Both the position numbers and the translations under genes were made by a program. Shown here piece after piece: positions 19,300 through 32,757 of a DNA stretch of 64,000 nucleotides. How positions within the stretch are numbered: position 1 is the first letter of the stretch; every line of letters begins with the position of its first letter. The stretch lies in NCBI RefSeq assembly GCF_023055435.1, contig NW_025964367.1, positions 992,001 through 1,056,000 on the forward strand, given 5' to 3'. The notes beneath the pieces were generated by a model. The model was not told where the DNA came from and did no database searches. It saw nothing but the letters and a program-made list of their open reading frames with translations. This stretch comes from Haliotis rufescens. Taxonomy: Eukaryota.

Positions 19300-21500
19300 A
19301 TTTTGTGTCACTAATACAGGTTGTAAAGGTGAGGTATGTATGAATGTACAGGACAAGGGAATCTTGCTTACATATCCAAAACTGAACCGTACTCGTACCC
19401 AAGAAGTCAGGAGACATCCGTTTGTTTCATTGATAATGTTTGCCGGTGACATAGAAATGAACCCGGGACCGACTGATGGAGACTTCAGGATTAGAATCAG
19501 GCATCATAAATCAGATTAAGGAATCAGACGACAGGTTATCAAGAGACATAGATCTTTGAGAGAAGAAGTGCATTCAATCAAGGCAGAGGTAACTGAACTG
19601 AGAACAGGAGTCAGTATAAACAGAGAAGAACAGGCCGATCTCAGACTAGATGTGTATGAAGCGTCTAACAAAGTGGATGATCTGTATTACAGGACTGACA
19701 GTATTAGTGACCCAGAAAAGACAGAGCAGAAGAAATACTTTTATAGTAAATGGGTACCAGAAGGACTTATGGTTCGGGCAAGGAAACGGTATAAGACACT
19801 TTTAAAAGAGCCAGAGATAGGAATTCAAGAGTAATTTGCTGATGAAGCCATAGATTGCGTGTCGAGGGTGTTGAGCAAAATTTTTAATGTCCCCCACAAG
19901 GACGTAGACGGGAAGATTCCCACACAGGACCACGACTTCTGAGTTCTGGCCTCAAGGCTTGGGACTAGGGAGTAACTCGCTGAGTGTGAGACGAGACCGA
20001 GTGTGGTTGCAGGATGCCTCATGTAGATCCGACAGACAATGTAGATGATTGTGAAAATGAGAATAGAAAGTTTGGTTTTGTAATATATCGGGACTGAATT
20101 CTAAATCAACAGATCAGGACTTTACCGACTACATAAACCCATTTGACCTTATCGGCATAACAGACACATGGATGTAAGAAGATATAGACACAAGTTTGAC
20201 ATTTCAAGGATTCAAGCCCTGGTTCAAAGAAGCTGAAAAGATTTCAAACCCTTCAGACGGTATTGCCATATCAGTTAGACAACAGCTAGCTAAATACTAG
20301 TATGAAAATGGTCAAAAGTGTACGCAAATACCAATGTCTTTCTGAATGAAAATAATATCTCATGGATTAGAAAAAAATATGTCTTCATCATATTTAGAAA
20401 GTAACAAAAATCACACTTTCATGAAACCGTTTGAAACCGATTTTGAGGGACCCATTCATGCAATTTTCACTGCCATTTTGCCATTAACTGAAATTGCAAC
20501 TAAAGCCATGTACTGCCTCTAACAAATAGCTCGAAATCTACACCTACCTGTCGATTGTGTTCTCCCAGCAGTGGGTGTACCGTTGTTATATGGTTTCGAT
20601 ATGTTTGGTTTTGAGAAGGGACAGATTGTAGAAAGAGTTCATCTGTAATATTTCAAATTTCTATCTGGATTACGAAATTCTACACCAAAGTTTATGGTGC
20701 AAATATATAACCGTTTTATCTCGTTTTGGCATAAGCTTACCTTTCCGGATGATACTACAAACTTATCGCATATACTATTTAATTACATACAAAATTACTC
20801 TAATAGAAAAAAAACCCATTTAGTTATTCTTGGTTAAAAATGATCTTAAGTAATTTTAAACAACTACCTGTTTACGACAACCCTTCCTCTTGTATAACAC
20901 CATGGCTAGTCTCAGATATTTACCAGATTTTAAAAGATTTATTTATTTAAAACAGCAAAGTAACATTCTGCCGAGTTCAAAGAGATTTTATCATACACAT
21001 TTTAAACCACTACCAAAGGTTGAAAGTTGTTTATTCCTTCCTAGTATAACATCGTTGTCACTACTTAGATTATAGTACTGTAAAGCATAACTTAACCGTT
21101 GAAACTGACAGTTGGAAAAATGTACCCTTGGGAAACATAGTGTGATATTAATGTAACTCTCCTGCAGTCGGTGACGAATTCCACTACTTGTTTACACTGA
21201 AAGTACTGTTACAACTCAGATTAACACTCATACATGTACAATACAGAAAGTGGCATAAGGTATTATATTTGAGAAAAATGCTGACAAACATTAATATTAT
21301 AAAAGCATGAAACAAACTGTCAAAATGCATTTGTCCATCTGTCTTAGGCAAATGGTGAACACGTGGGAAATTGGTTGGTACCAACCAATTTCTTGATTTT
21401 TTTATGTGATTTATTGAAAACTGTATTTCGCTCGGGTGCCGCCGTCTTTGATAATAAAGTTAAGTGAAGTGAGGTGATGTGATGTGATGTGATGTGGAGT
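19300..21500 (+). mobile_element. Old internally deleted L2/CR1-group LINE with 2A-like motif
   Basis: AGDIEMNPGP (19442-19471), coiled-coil ORF1 remnant, endonuclease remnants (KVWFCNISGL, DLIGITDTW), C-terminal VGDEFHYLF, then AATAAA and a (gaagt/gatgt)n tail. 5' boundary is approximate. Confidence 0.75.
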
Positions 21501-22066
21501 TAAGTGAGGTGGTGAAAGGGCAGGACCCGCCACTCATACAATTTGCATGAAAACGTTAGTGATTGTTTGTTGCCTGACGCAGCACAAAAGTACTCTGCTG
21601 ACGTCCTGTGAAAAAAACAGACAATTAAACAACACGATAGTGCAACACGATACTGATTTTGCTGAAACAAAAAGCGATGTGTTATTTATTAATTACGTCT
21701 ACTGTGAACAAGTGCAGGGTCTCGGGCGATTTTAAGTAAAGAGAAACGTTAAAAAAATATAGCCGAGAGAAGTGGTAGAGGGCTCCAAGAAACCTTTTTT
21801 CTACTGCATTATCAAAGTTGCGATAGATGCCAAATCGCATTGAATCGTAGTGAACGAGAGCAGAGACGTCGGGCTTCAAAAACACTTTTTCTTACTGCAT
21901 AATCAAGGTTGAAGTCTAACTTCCGGTTTCTGAAAACACATTTTGTTTACATCAAAACCTTAAATATGAAAGTCCTATGGTTCTATCTCAGTGTATATTG
22001 GCACTTTTAGTTTAGCTATGTTTGTAGCAAAGTGTTGAGTCCTTCCGGTTTGGATTATGTCATTTG

Positions 22067-22244
22067 TGAGTGAGTGAGTGAGTGAGTGAGTATGGTTTTA
22101 ATCCGCCTTTAACAAAATTCCAGCCATATCAGGGCGTGGGACAACCAGAAATGGGCTTCATACATTGTGCTCAAGTTGGGATTCGAACCTGGATCTTCGG
22201 CGTTACGAGCAAACGCTTTAACCATCAGTGTAACCCACCGCCCC
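22067..22244 (-). mobile_element. SINE family A
   Basis: (gtga)n tail and family-A body, TSD tatgtcatttgt. Confidence 0.8.
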
Positions 22245-22444
22245 TATGTCATTTGTGGTTTCGAAAAACCGATGCTATTATGACTGTTGCTTTCTTTGTA
22301 ACTTAGTTATTCTTACTTAATGTTTGGATAATGTCACTTTCGTTGACAAGGCTGCCTGTCTAACATTTTTTTTCAACTGCAAGCCATGTGACTGTGGTTC
22401 AATTTATATTAAAACGCATATTCCAGAATTTACCAATTTCAGGA

Positions 22445-22670
22445 CCAGGGTCTAGTGGTAGAGCTTCCGCCTGGAGAGCGCAAGGTTCGGGGTTCGATCC
22501 TCGGCCACGTCATAGCAAAACACGTTAAAAGATGGTACTTGTTGTCATCCTGCCTGGCGCTCGGCATTAAGTGGCTAAAACAAGGAGTGGTCGGCTCGGA
22601 GCCAGTGTACTGTGTATGAGTGGGGTGTTCATGTTAAACTGCGACATCGTATCTCAGTGTGCTAGCACTA
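22445..22670 (+). mobile_element. SINE family B (3' truncated)
   Basis: ggtctagtggtagagcttccgcc...ggttcgatcc. Confidence 0.75.
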
Positions 22671-22960
22671 TACATACCAATTTTATGAAACGAGTGAATA
22701 GTTGTGGTATCTGACGAGCGAAAGCAAACAAGGTTGCTGGGGTCATCGAGTGTGCATAAGCTCCTCTCAGTGATCTATCAACTTCACAGGCAATGTCGCT
22801 GAATGAGCCAAGGGATGTTGAGAGCTTTCAATATTTGTTCGTGAAACGCGTTCCGAGAATACATAAGCACGCGTTTTGTTATCACACAATGTGTAATACA
22901 GCTGTATGTTTATTAAATGGGTGATCTCTTCACGGGCAAGTAATAAATATATATACTGTG

Positions 22961-23160
22961 CTGACACAGTCTCCTTCGATCTTGACTGGGTCTAATATGG
23001 AGACGGTCTATGTTGAACTGACACAGTCTCCTCTGATCTAGGCTGGGTCTAATATGGAGACGATCAGGACTGGGTACCATGGTGATGATCTGTCATAACT
23101 TGTGACAGTCTCCTCTAGTGTCTAGATAGTGTCTACTATAGATATGATCTGTGTTAATCT
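22961..23160 (+). repeat. Degenerate copy of the lectin-derived 57-bp repeat in opposite orientation
   Basis: actgacacagtctcctctgatctaggctgggtctaatatggagacgatc matches the end of the lectin last exon. Confidence 0.85.
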
Positions 23161-23509
23161 CGAATCTGGACCAGGCAAAACAGTGATTGAAAGCAAGAGC
23201 AATGAACCATGACCCCAATCCTTTAGCCAAGTCACAAAGCCTGACAACACTCCCATGTTATAAGAATGGGATACTAATCTGACATGAAATCCCCACAGGG
23301 CTATAGATCTGGACGAAATGTTAAGACGACGGTGTTTAGATTCTAAATGTGCGTCCAATAGAGTTTCACATTTGAGACTTTCACACCAAAAAACATGTTC
23401 TTTAATGCCTTTACAGTGCAAGCATCGAGGTTCAACTCGCCTCTTGATATGAGCATTTCACTTGAACAATATTGAATGGCTGGTGAAACCCATTATACAT
23501 GGGGTCATA

Positions 23510-24615
23510 TGCGGAGAAAGATGCATATATCAAAGGTCAAGTAGGGACTACTTTCAGTTTTTACAAACATGGCGTCACCCGTGTCAATCGGCGATCGAGT
23601 CAGAATTAACCATCGCGAATCTTGAGAAACCACTGGGATAATTGTTATCATTGTCAAGATAATAGTCTAAAATACTGAAAATCAGTGTCTTACTGTGGCG
23701 TAGCTCAGGCATTTTACAAGTTTCATCAAATTTGGAGATATAAATTGAAAAACAATTTAGCCAGGACTCTTGCCTAGCGGGATCAGTTTCCATATCTGTG
23801 CTTGTAGACCTTGCGGCTAGGAACCTTTTCCCCAAACTAAAACTGTTAGATTTTATATGTACGTATTGTTACTTTGTTTCTATATGTCCGAATTGTTACC
23901 TTGTTTCGTTTTGTCGCTGTGTGTACATCTGACTGCACTTCGTGATGTTATGACAGATCAGCCAGACGTGACGTCTCATAGACTAGGGTTGGAATAGCTT
24001 CCCTTTGATAAAGGGCCCTTACTCTATTGGCCAGACCGATGGATTGCCGCGATAGGCAAGCAGAAACAATTTGTGTAGGCAACTGTTGTTTGCGTCTATG
24101 TAGTTACGCTGTTGACTGTAGTCACTGTCCGACTGACACACAACTTACCTTCTGACGTAAAATATATATATCCGCACATTCCAGGAAAACTTATAATGTT
24201 TAGGTAATGTTTGTGAGAAATGGGAGGAGATTTGTCGAGCTCAGAATTGAAGAATGATATATGATAAAAAGGTTATCACGCTTGTGTGTTTGGGGATGGT
24301 AAATACCCTGTATCAGGAAAAACAAACTATGTATTCAGCTCGCTAAATACAATGTTTATTCCAAATACAGGATGTTTACCATCCCCAAACACACAAGCGT
24401 GATAACCTCTATATATGTACGTGACACTGCATTAGATTGTTTGTTGTTTTACGGATTTTTTTAACGCATTTTGATGTCGCTTCTTTCGACAAGAAGACGA
24501 AGTGTCAATGAAATAAGGGAAATACCTCATAACTGTCTTTACGTCAACGGACAATCTGGTGTAAAGTATAAAATAACCTCGGTATTTTTTATGTATATTT
24601 GAAAGTCCATTATTG
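23510..24615 (+). mobile_element. Non-autonomous element with palindromic module (Crypton-like)
   Basis: 23510-24408 is homologous to 32758-33692. A hairpin with 34-bp perfect arms spans 24270-24408. 24262-24615 is nearly identical to 35225-35580. Confidence 0.7.
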
Positions 24616-24684
24616 TAATGTGAGAGAGACAATTAAATCCATATAACGGAATTAACCTGGTACCTTCTTCCCTATTCACCTGTA

Positions 24685-24848
24685 GGAGCGGTTGGGTAGC
24701 CTAGTGGCTAAAGTGTTCGTTCGTCTCGCCGAAGAACCGGGTTTGATTCCCGACATGGGTACAATGTGTGAAGCCCATTTCTGGTGTGCCCCGCCGTGTT
24801 ATTACTGGAATATTGCTAAAAACGGCGTAAAAACATACTCACTCACTC
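24685..24848 (+). mobile_element. SINE family A
   Basis: Full head and actcactc tail, flanked by ccctattcacctg duplication. Confidence 0.85.
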
Positions 24849-25082
24849 CCTATTCACCTGGAGCTACAGAATTTTAAAACTTGCTGACTGCTTGAGGGAT
24901 GTTTTGTTTTTTTATTTGATGTTAATGTTTTACGAAACATCAAGTAATTTACTGAAATCCGTGAATATATATGCTTTGCTATAAATTGAACTACAATCAC
25001 AGGATTTTCAGCTGAAAAGTGTGTAAGGCAGGTAACTTTTTTAAATACCGAAAGTGATATAATCCAAACAACAAATGTCATA

Positions 25083-25243
25083 GAGCGGTGGGGTAGACTG
25101 GTGGTTAAAGCGTTTGCTCGTCACGCCGAAGATCCGGGTTCGAATCTCCTCATGAGCACAATGTGTGAAGTCCATTTCTGGTTGTTCCACGCCCTGGCGC
25201 TGCAGGAATATTGCTAAAAGTGGCGTTAAACCATACTCACTCA
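25083..25243 (+). mobile_element. SINE family A (inverted-duplication partner of 22067-22244)
   Basis: Family-A body with flanks homologous to those of the 22067 copy. Confidence 0.8.
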
Positions 25244-26695
25244 CAAATGAAGTAACTCGACACTTCATTAGGAACTAAGCTAGAACCATACGAATTCTAA
25301 TTAAGTAAGGAAGTGTTTTCCGGAATCGGAAGGGACATAATCAAAACAAAAAGTGCCAGTAAACACTGACAAGAACCATAGCACTTCCAGATTTAAGGTT
25401 TTGATGCAGTGAGAATGTGTTTTAGGAAATCGGCAAATTTAACACTAATAGCTTTGTTGCAAAACGAGCTACAACCATGGAACTTTCGTGTTTATAATAA
25501 GATAGCGCAAATGACATAATACGAAAAGAGGAAGTACTAATGCTTTTGTTATAAACTTAGCTAGAACTATGAAACTTTGTGGTTTAAGATTCTGCTGAAG
25601 TAAACAAATTCTGTCCTGAACCGGAAGTGGTTATTTCTTTGAGGAAACGGAACTACAAAATGTACTCTGGATCTACAGACACTGACAGAAGGTATCTGTT
25701 GACTTTCCTCAATAAGACAAGACGTATTTACAGCTTAAGGTTATTTAACTGAGCTAAACGATGGAGAACATTGGATCATTGCCGGCATTTTTCGTTAACC
25801 GAAAGTGAGACAATGCGAATTGGCATCTATCGCAACCTTGGACCTAAGACTGCTCACAGCTATATTTCTGATACGTTTCTCCATACTTAAAATCAGGCGA
25901 CACTCTGCACTACACAGCAGACGTAATTAAAAAAACAACATTTAGGCTTTCAGTTTCAACAAAATCAGTATGTGCGCAACGTGTCTCCTGATTGTCTGGT
26001 TTGTTTACATGCCGCCGCCCCATGCGAGAGTTCTGCTGCGTTGCGCCAGGCAACAAACAAACTGTTACTTTTGTGTGAGTGGCGCCTACTGGCTTCACTT
26101 CACTTCACTTCACTTCACTTCACTTCACTTCATTGTATTCTGAAATATACTGAAATTAACAATTCATCAAAATTGTAGGTACACAAGTTCACACAGGTTC
26201 AATAATTACCTTAGTTGGAGAAACACATTGCGGCAGGTTTTTTCAGGTTTTAAATAGTATAATTTGTCAACATGATTCTCAATTTAAATACATTTGGCCA
26301 CTTTCTGTATTGTACGGGCATTAGCGTTAATCTGGATTGTAAAAGTACTTCACAATAAAACAAGTAGTGGAATTCTTCACCAACTGCAGGAGGGATTACA
26401 GAGTATGATTTCTAGTGGTATATTTTTTACCTACAGTTCAACTGGTAAGGCATGGCTTATGTTACTGGGAAGAAGTAAATACTTTTTTTTTCAAATTCTG
26501 GTAGTTGTTTTGAACGATATTCTAGTAATATCACGGCGAGTCTTCTTAAACAATAATGCAATCAATGACATTTTTATCGTCACGAGACGCTTTCCCTATC
26601 AGTTCATCTTTATCAGTTCTACAGCTGCATTTATTTCAATTAGCCCAATACCAACGTAATGTTCTCTGGCAACACTCTATGTACTTCAGTATGTA

Positions 26696-26951
26696 GGTTT
26701 GTTTGTTGTTTAACGCCGCACTCATCAATATTCCAGCGTTATGACGGCGATCTGTGTATAATCGAGTCTGGATCAGACAATCCAGTGATTGACATCATGA
26801 TCATCTACGCAACTGGGATACGATGACATGCATCAACCAAGTCAGCGCGCCTGACCACCCGATCCCGTTAGTCGCTCCTACGACAAGCATAGTCGCCTGT
26901 TACAGCAAGAATGTGTGTTGGAGACCTTTTCTACCCCGGATCTTCACGGGT
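26696..26951 (-). mobile_element. SINE family C
   Basis: Same body as 18439-18699. Confidence 0.8.
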
Positions 26952-27331
26952 ACACTTCTTCATGTAGCAAATGTAATTCATATAATATGAATTCTGTTTC
27001 TACATTGCTCTCAGTATCTCCACTATCAATATCTAGTTTGGGCGTTAAAATCGCCCATCAGAATTACATATTCACTCTTTCAGTGAAGAGAAGATATTTT
27101 ATGGATGCCAATTTATTTATTCTATTTTGATTATGGTATAGATCCTTATACCGTTGTCAAGCAACAGTTAATCCATCTATAATAGAATAAAGAAGTTGTC
27201 ATTCATAAAATATTTTTACTGTTACTTAGCAACTTCTAAAAATTCCAATCTAACAGTTATATTCACTCTTGGTCATGATATTTGGCTGTGACTTTTCTAG
27301 TTCATGGAAAATATGGCGACAACGCAAACAG

Positions 27332-27351
27332 GCATCATTATCATCTCCATT

Positions 27352-27383
<32 letters not shown>

Positions 27384-27385
27384 TA
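27332..27385. repeat. (CAT)n microsatellite
   Basis: catcatcat run. Confidence 0.9.
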
Positions 27386-28544
27386 TCTCATTCATGTAGC
27401 CACGAGTGAAAATAACTCCTTTTCCCCGTCACGAAAAGAAAGAAACATGATATTTCACGAGTCACATAAAATACTAATATCCTATTTATTATATACTTTT
27501 TGTGTAGTTTACTATTGGAAAATTAAATTATTTCATTACAAATGTAAAACCTTTAAACATGTTAAACGTAAATTCTCCCTACCTAACACACAGGGACGGT
27601 ACACCAACTCTTGTATTTGCGACTTGGAAAGTAGTTTCGTTGTCGCAAAATCTTAAAAAATATAAACAAAAGTATCAAAACATATTCAGGGTCACGAAAA
27701 TTCTTTATCATACATTTCAATATGATTATATATACAAAATCAACTTTAACAAAAAATATTCTTGGAAATTAGGAGACCACTGCTGGAAGCGAAAGAATAC
27801 ACGCTGGTCGAGTAACAAAAATGGCGCTTTGAGTCTCCATTAACGAGTTAAATGAGAAATTTACAATTTATAACAAAACATTTTCGAGAGAATAACAAAC
27901 GGATAGAAGTGATATTAACTCCATAAATGACCAACTGTCATTATTTTTCCTTGTCAATGTGGAACTCACGTAAAAAGGACGTCAACAGTTTGTGTACGGG
28001 CTAGACACTTACGATAAAGGGAGACAGTTGTATGACAATAGTTCCGTCAAAGTTCACAGCAGTGAAATATCAAGTGTTATGTTCACTGCAATGAAAATAT
28101 CACTTTTCTCAACTTCAGAAAACTTAGTCTTTCACACTGAAGTATATTCATCACCATCTTAATCTTCATCTCCATCGTCATCATCTCCTTCATCATCTTT
28201 ATTATCTTCATCTCCATCATCAACATCATCTCCAGCGTCATCATCAGTGTCGAGACAATCACGGTCATTCCATCTGATGCGCACGTAAAATCTCATGATT
28301 CGCCCACACTGTATTCCACGTGCACGTCAACCATCAATAACAATGAATTGTTTAATCATTTTAGGAGCCGAAGATATATTAAGACTAGTATATGGACGTT
28401 AAAATTGTTCTTGGAGCTGCAGGCTCCCATTTCAACGATCAGACACCAAGCCCTCGTGCTTTACATTGAGACTAATAGAAGTGAATAGAACAGGGAACGC
28501 ATGCATCTTCCTCGGACAAGAGCGTCCACTAGCCTATTATATAT

Positions 28545-29535
28545 AGGATAATTCTATCCATTTAGCTATAATATAAGGGTAACGCTACCTTTCAGGGCAT
28601 TATCATATGTAGAAACCCGAGGTCTTCCATTAACTGCCCGACGAAGGAGGGCAGTTGAAAAGACCGAGGGCTTCTGCAAAAGATAATGCCCTGAAAAAGA
28701 GAGTTACCGTTATTATAGCTAAAATGGATGGAATTTGTTATCAAATAAAAAGAAACAACAACATCGGTTTTGAAACATTTACTGCAATCAACACGAATGT
28801 CACTGACCACATTTTACAAATATGGAAACGTCATAGAACAAACTAGATGACGTCACTATAATACGTGACGTCATTTTCTCTACCCTATGACGTCAACTAA
28901 CAAAGGGGCTTGCTAATGGCCTGTCGTCAAGCAATCTGAGGGCATTATCAAGTTACAGTGGGCCGCTCATTTCTGATAACATGCGGGCGGTGTAATGATA
29001 ATTCTATCCATTTTAGCTATAATATAAGGGTAACGCTATTTTTCAGGGCATTATCATTTGCAGAAGTTCGAGGTCTTCAGTTAAATGCCCGACGAAGGAG
29101 GGCAGTTGAAAAGACCGAGAGCGAATCACATCCGAAACAAACATCATGTACAGGACTAAACGGCTCATTATAGCTAAAATGGATAGAATTATCACAAAAC
29201 CGCCCGCATATTATCAGAAATGAGCGGGCCACTGTATCTTGATAATGCCCTCATATTGCTTGGCGACGGGCCATTATCACGCCCGTTGTTAGGTGACGTC
29301 ATAGAATAGGGATAGGTGACGTCACGTTCAATAGTGACGGCATCTTGTTTGTTCTATGACCACTCTCCTACCCAGAGTTCCATGCGGCCGGCAGCCAGCT
29401 AGCATAGTGTTATGCTGAGTCTCCACTGCGACGGAGTGTGTTCTATGACGTTTCCATATTTGTAAAAGTGGGTCAGTAACACATTCGTGTTGATTGCAGT
29501 AAATGTTTCAAAACCGATATTGTTGTTTATCATTT
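28545..29535. repeat. Nested fold-back (inverted repeat) array upstream of the Crypton gene
   Basis: ~190-bp hairpin at 28548-28737 and a larger inverted repeat ~28745-29020 / 29167-29535 centred near 29095. A reversed half-copy lies at 33712-33805. Confidence 0.8.
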
Positions 29536-29589
29536 AACTAACGCATTTATCCATGACATAAGCTTATGACATAAAAACATGTATGTCAT

Positions 29590-30705
29590 ACCCCAATGCA
29601 CTCTCCTACCCAGAGTTCCTTGCGGCCGGCAGCCAGCCAGCATAGTACCTCTGCCACAGGCCAGCGCCATGTGACAATTCGTCACATCTTTCACAGTCCA
29701 TTCAAGATATTGCATATGCTGTTCATCCGTTTCATTTTTGATAAGCTTTCACATTGTGATAAACAAATGTCAAAGAATGGTTACGGTTCATTTAGAAAGT
29801 ATGCTAAAATATGAAAATAAGTGTAGTTATCGTTTGTTTACATTGGTTGTACGGCTCCACGTGCTGTCATCGAAGCCCTTCGGAGAGCTAGCGATACGGT
29901 CACTTTGATGTATAAATATATATTGTCATGCAACTCACTGTCGCAGTTGTAGTAGCATATCTATATAGTTGTGCAAAACAATATGTAAAGCGCCCCCAAA
30001 TTCTTGCATTAGTCTGTTCTATACTGATTTCTGAAAAAGCGCGTTTGTTTACAAACAAGAGAAAAGTCCGGTCACGTGATATGCAAATTAGCCTGTGGCA
30101 GTGGTGTTATGCTGAGTCACCACTGCGACGGAGTGTGACCCCAATGCACTCTCCTACCCAGAGTTCCATGCGGCCGGCAGCCAGCCAGCATAGTACCTCT
30201 GCCACAGGCCAGCGCCATGTGACGATTCGTCACATCTTTCACAGTCCATTCAAGATATTGCATATGCTTTTCATCCGTTTCATGTTTGACAAGTCTACAC
30301 ATTTTCATAAACAAATGTCAAAGAATGGTTAACTTTCATTGAGAAAGTATGCAAATACGTAAAAATCTACTTGTTTTTGCGTAGTTATCCTATGTTTACA
30401 TTGGTTGTACGGCTCCACGTGCTGTCATCGAAGCCCAACGGAGAGCTAGCGACACGGTCACTTTGATGCATAAATATATATTGTCATGCAACTCACTGTA
30501 GCAGTTGTAGTAGCATATCTATATAGTTATGCAAAACAATATGTAAAGCGCCCCAAAATACTTGCATTAGTCCGTTCTATACTGATTTCTGAAAAAGCGC
30601 GTTTGTTTACAAACAAGAGAAAAGTCCGGTCACGTGATATGCAAATTAGCCTGTGGCAGTGGTGTTATGCTGAGTCACCACTGCGACGGAGTGTGACCCC
30701 AATGA
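29590..30705 (+). repeat. ~550-bp tandem duplication
   Basis: Duplicated ORF-track peptides MHSPTQSS (29596 / ~30145) and MQLTVAVV (29928 / 30486). Confidence 0.9.
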
Positions 30706-30710
30706 CATAA

Positions 30711-30775
30711 GTATGCAAATTAGATATGCAAATTAGATAACCGGAAGTGGGACTTTTTTCGCTGGTGCACGTGAG
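30711..30775 (+). promoter_or_regulatory. Putative Crypton promoter: tandem octamer ATGCAAAT x2, ETS-like CCGGAAGT, E-box CACGTG
   Basis: gtatgcaaattagatatgcaaattagataaccggaagtggg...gcacgtg lies within ~80 bp upstream of the ATG at 30794. Confidence 0.4.
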
Positions 30776-30793
30776 TAGGTGTTTACAAACAAC

Positions 30794-32256
30794 ATGGAAA
30801 CCTTTGATGTTGGAGACAATGTATTAATAGATCAAAGGGGAAGTGCTGCAGTGATATCCGTGTTGACAAATGGATATTACAGGTTACTGGTTTTTGGTAC
30901 CGAATTTGAATTTGACTGTGATGAAGGCAGATTATCAAAACTTCCTTGTGGCCAAAGTTTCATCATCGAAACGCCATCGTCGAGCACGGCGAAGCAGACG
31001 ACGAACACAAAGCCGAAAGATGCCCAAGGAAGATTTGTAGTTGTTGAGGACGGCATGATCGATGGTGTGATCCTAGACAATCAAAACAAAAACACAGCCA
31101 AGAAAACTTTGTACGATTTGAAACTGTTCGATAACTTTCTAAAAGTCCAAAATGAATTTCGCCAAATGCACGAAATCCCCCCAATGAACTAGACACACTT
31201 CTCTGCAAGTTTTTCATTAGTGTTCGAAAAACAAATGGGGAAAATTATGAACCAAACAGTCTCACGGGTTTTCAGAGCAGCATCGAGAGATCACTAAAAC
31301 GAATTTTTACGATCACGGGAAGTATTAAAGGGGAGAAAAACTGAACTAAAAAAAGAAGGGCGTGGCAACTTACCAAGGAGAGCCGACCCGATTGGTGATG
31401 AAGAGATCGAGTGGCTCTACAACACAATCCATTTCAGGTTAAGAGGTTTCAATGATCACTACAACATGTGTTGGGGGAACATCACATTGCATGTTGATGG
31501 AGACGATCACGAATATCTTGAACTGTCCATGAGACAAGAAAAGAAAAGGTCCGGTGAGAATCCTCGTGATTGTCGCGACGTTAGGCCCAAAATGTGGGCT
31601 AATGTTGCTGATCCCTCTCGGTGCCCTGTGCAGGTGTATAAGTTGTATGCCTCCACACATCCACTCGACTTCTGTCGAGATGACGATCCCTTTTACATCA
31701 GCACACACGCTTTAGGTATGCCTAAACCTGGCGATCAGTGGTTTATCCGCTATCGTATTGGGAAAAACAAACTTTCCTCTCTCATGAAAAACATGTGCGA
31801 TGCCGCAAGTCTCCAAACATCGAAACGACTCACAAATCACTCTGCGCGCAAACACCTTGTGCAAAAGTTGAATGACAATAATGTTCCGCCAAATCAAATA
31901 ATGCAGATAACTGGCCACAAAAACATCCATTCTGTGAACAATTACTGCCATATTAATCTTGACCAGCACAAGTAAATTTCCCAACATCATTTCACGAAAC
32001 ACTCCATCTCACACTGTGACATCACAGCTTGTTGATGAAACTCCCGTCATGCAGAGCGGCCCCTCGCGTAATGTCCAAATCGACAGTAGACAACACAGTC
32101 AGCGGTCTCAAATAATAAATGTTTCTGGTGGTGTCAACACTATGTTTGCTGGCAACACTACTGGTGGAAACAACGATTAATCTCGTTAAACCTCCAAGCC
32201 CGGTCCCAGTCAAAAGACTCCGGATTGTCATCGAAAGTGATAGTGACACCGACTAA
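30794..32256 (+). pseudogene. Crypton-type (DUF3504-like) tyrosine recombinase, disrupted
   Basis: ELDTLLCKFFISVRKTNGENYEP and KKEGRGNLP; catalytic R (FRLRG), HSAR, TGH and NNY; C-terminal KRLRIVIESDSDTD*. Frameshift near 31190, internal deletions, and a stop at 31973-31975. Confidence 0.88.
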
Positions 32257-32757
32257 TGCATCTTACTCTGACCTCTCAGCCGCGAGACATTCTTCAAGTG
32301 AGAGAGCGGTTTGATTGGAAACTATATATTATAAGTGAAGTTACACCAGAGATATAATCAGATTACACAGAATCGTTGTTGTTACCGTTTTTAAAATCTC
32401 AATTTTTCTGCATAAGTCTGTTCAAGTATTTTGTTTAAAATAATCCGAGGAACTTTTTTTCTCACCAAAGGAATATGCCATAAAGGCGTTAAGAGGTTGT
32501 TTTTTGGGGTTTACACGGATATGGAAAACATGTATCACTACGCCCGATCTATACGTAAGATTTCGACAAGTTGCTGATGTTAATGTTCATGCAATTATTC
32601 CTTAAAAGGGAGGCAAAGGCTCGGCAAATACCGATTAACTAAGACTCGGTTGATATTTCCCATATTAAAAAAAACACTCGTGATGAATCCTCTATTTATC
32701 ATATAATAAGTAGGTTTCTCGGCAGGATAAAGCAAACGGATAAAAACGATATCCGTC

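Larger units (their letters stand above)
1..21498. repeat. Segmental duplication, copy 1 (homologous to 47163-64000)
   Basis: Colinear near-identity from tggctgcttgta (pos 1 = 47163) to gatgtgatgtgga (21498 = 64000), apart from TE indels. Both copies run off the window edges. Confidence 0.95.
21000..26480. repeat. Old inverted duplication, arms ~21000-22435 and ~24950-26480
   Basis: LINE 3' end, tail, unique flank and a SINE at the same site recur in reverse complement, e.g. cctgcagtcggtgacgaattccactacttgttt (~21160) vs the reverse complement of ~26360-26390. Confidence 0.8.

Noticed and set aside
27282-28268. Poly-His ORF and Met-rich ORF
   Set aside because: Translations of (CAT)n/(TCA)n simple repeats.
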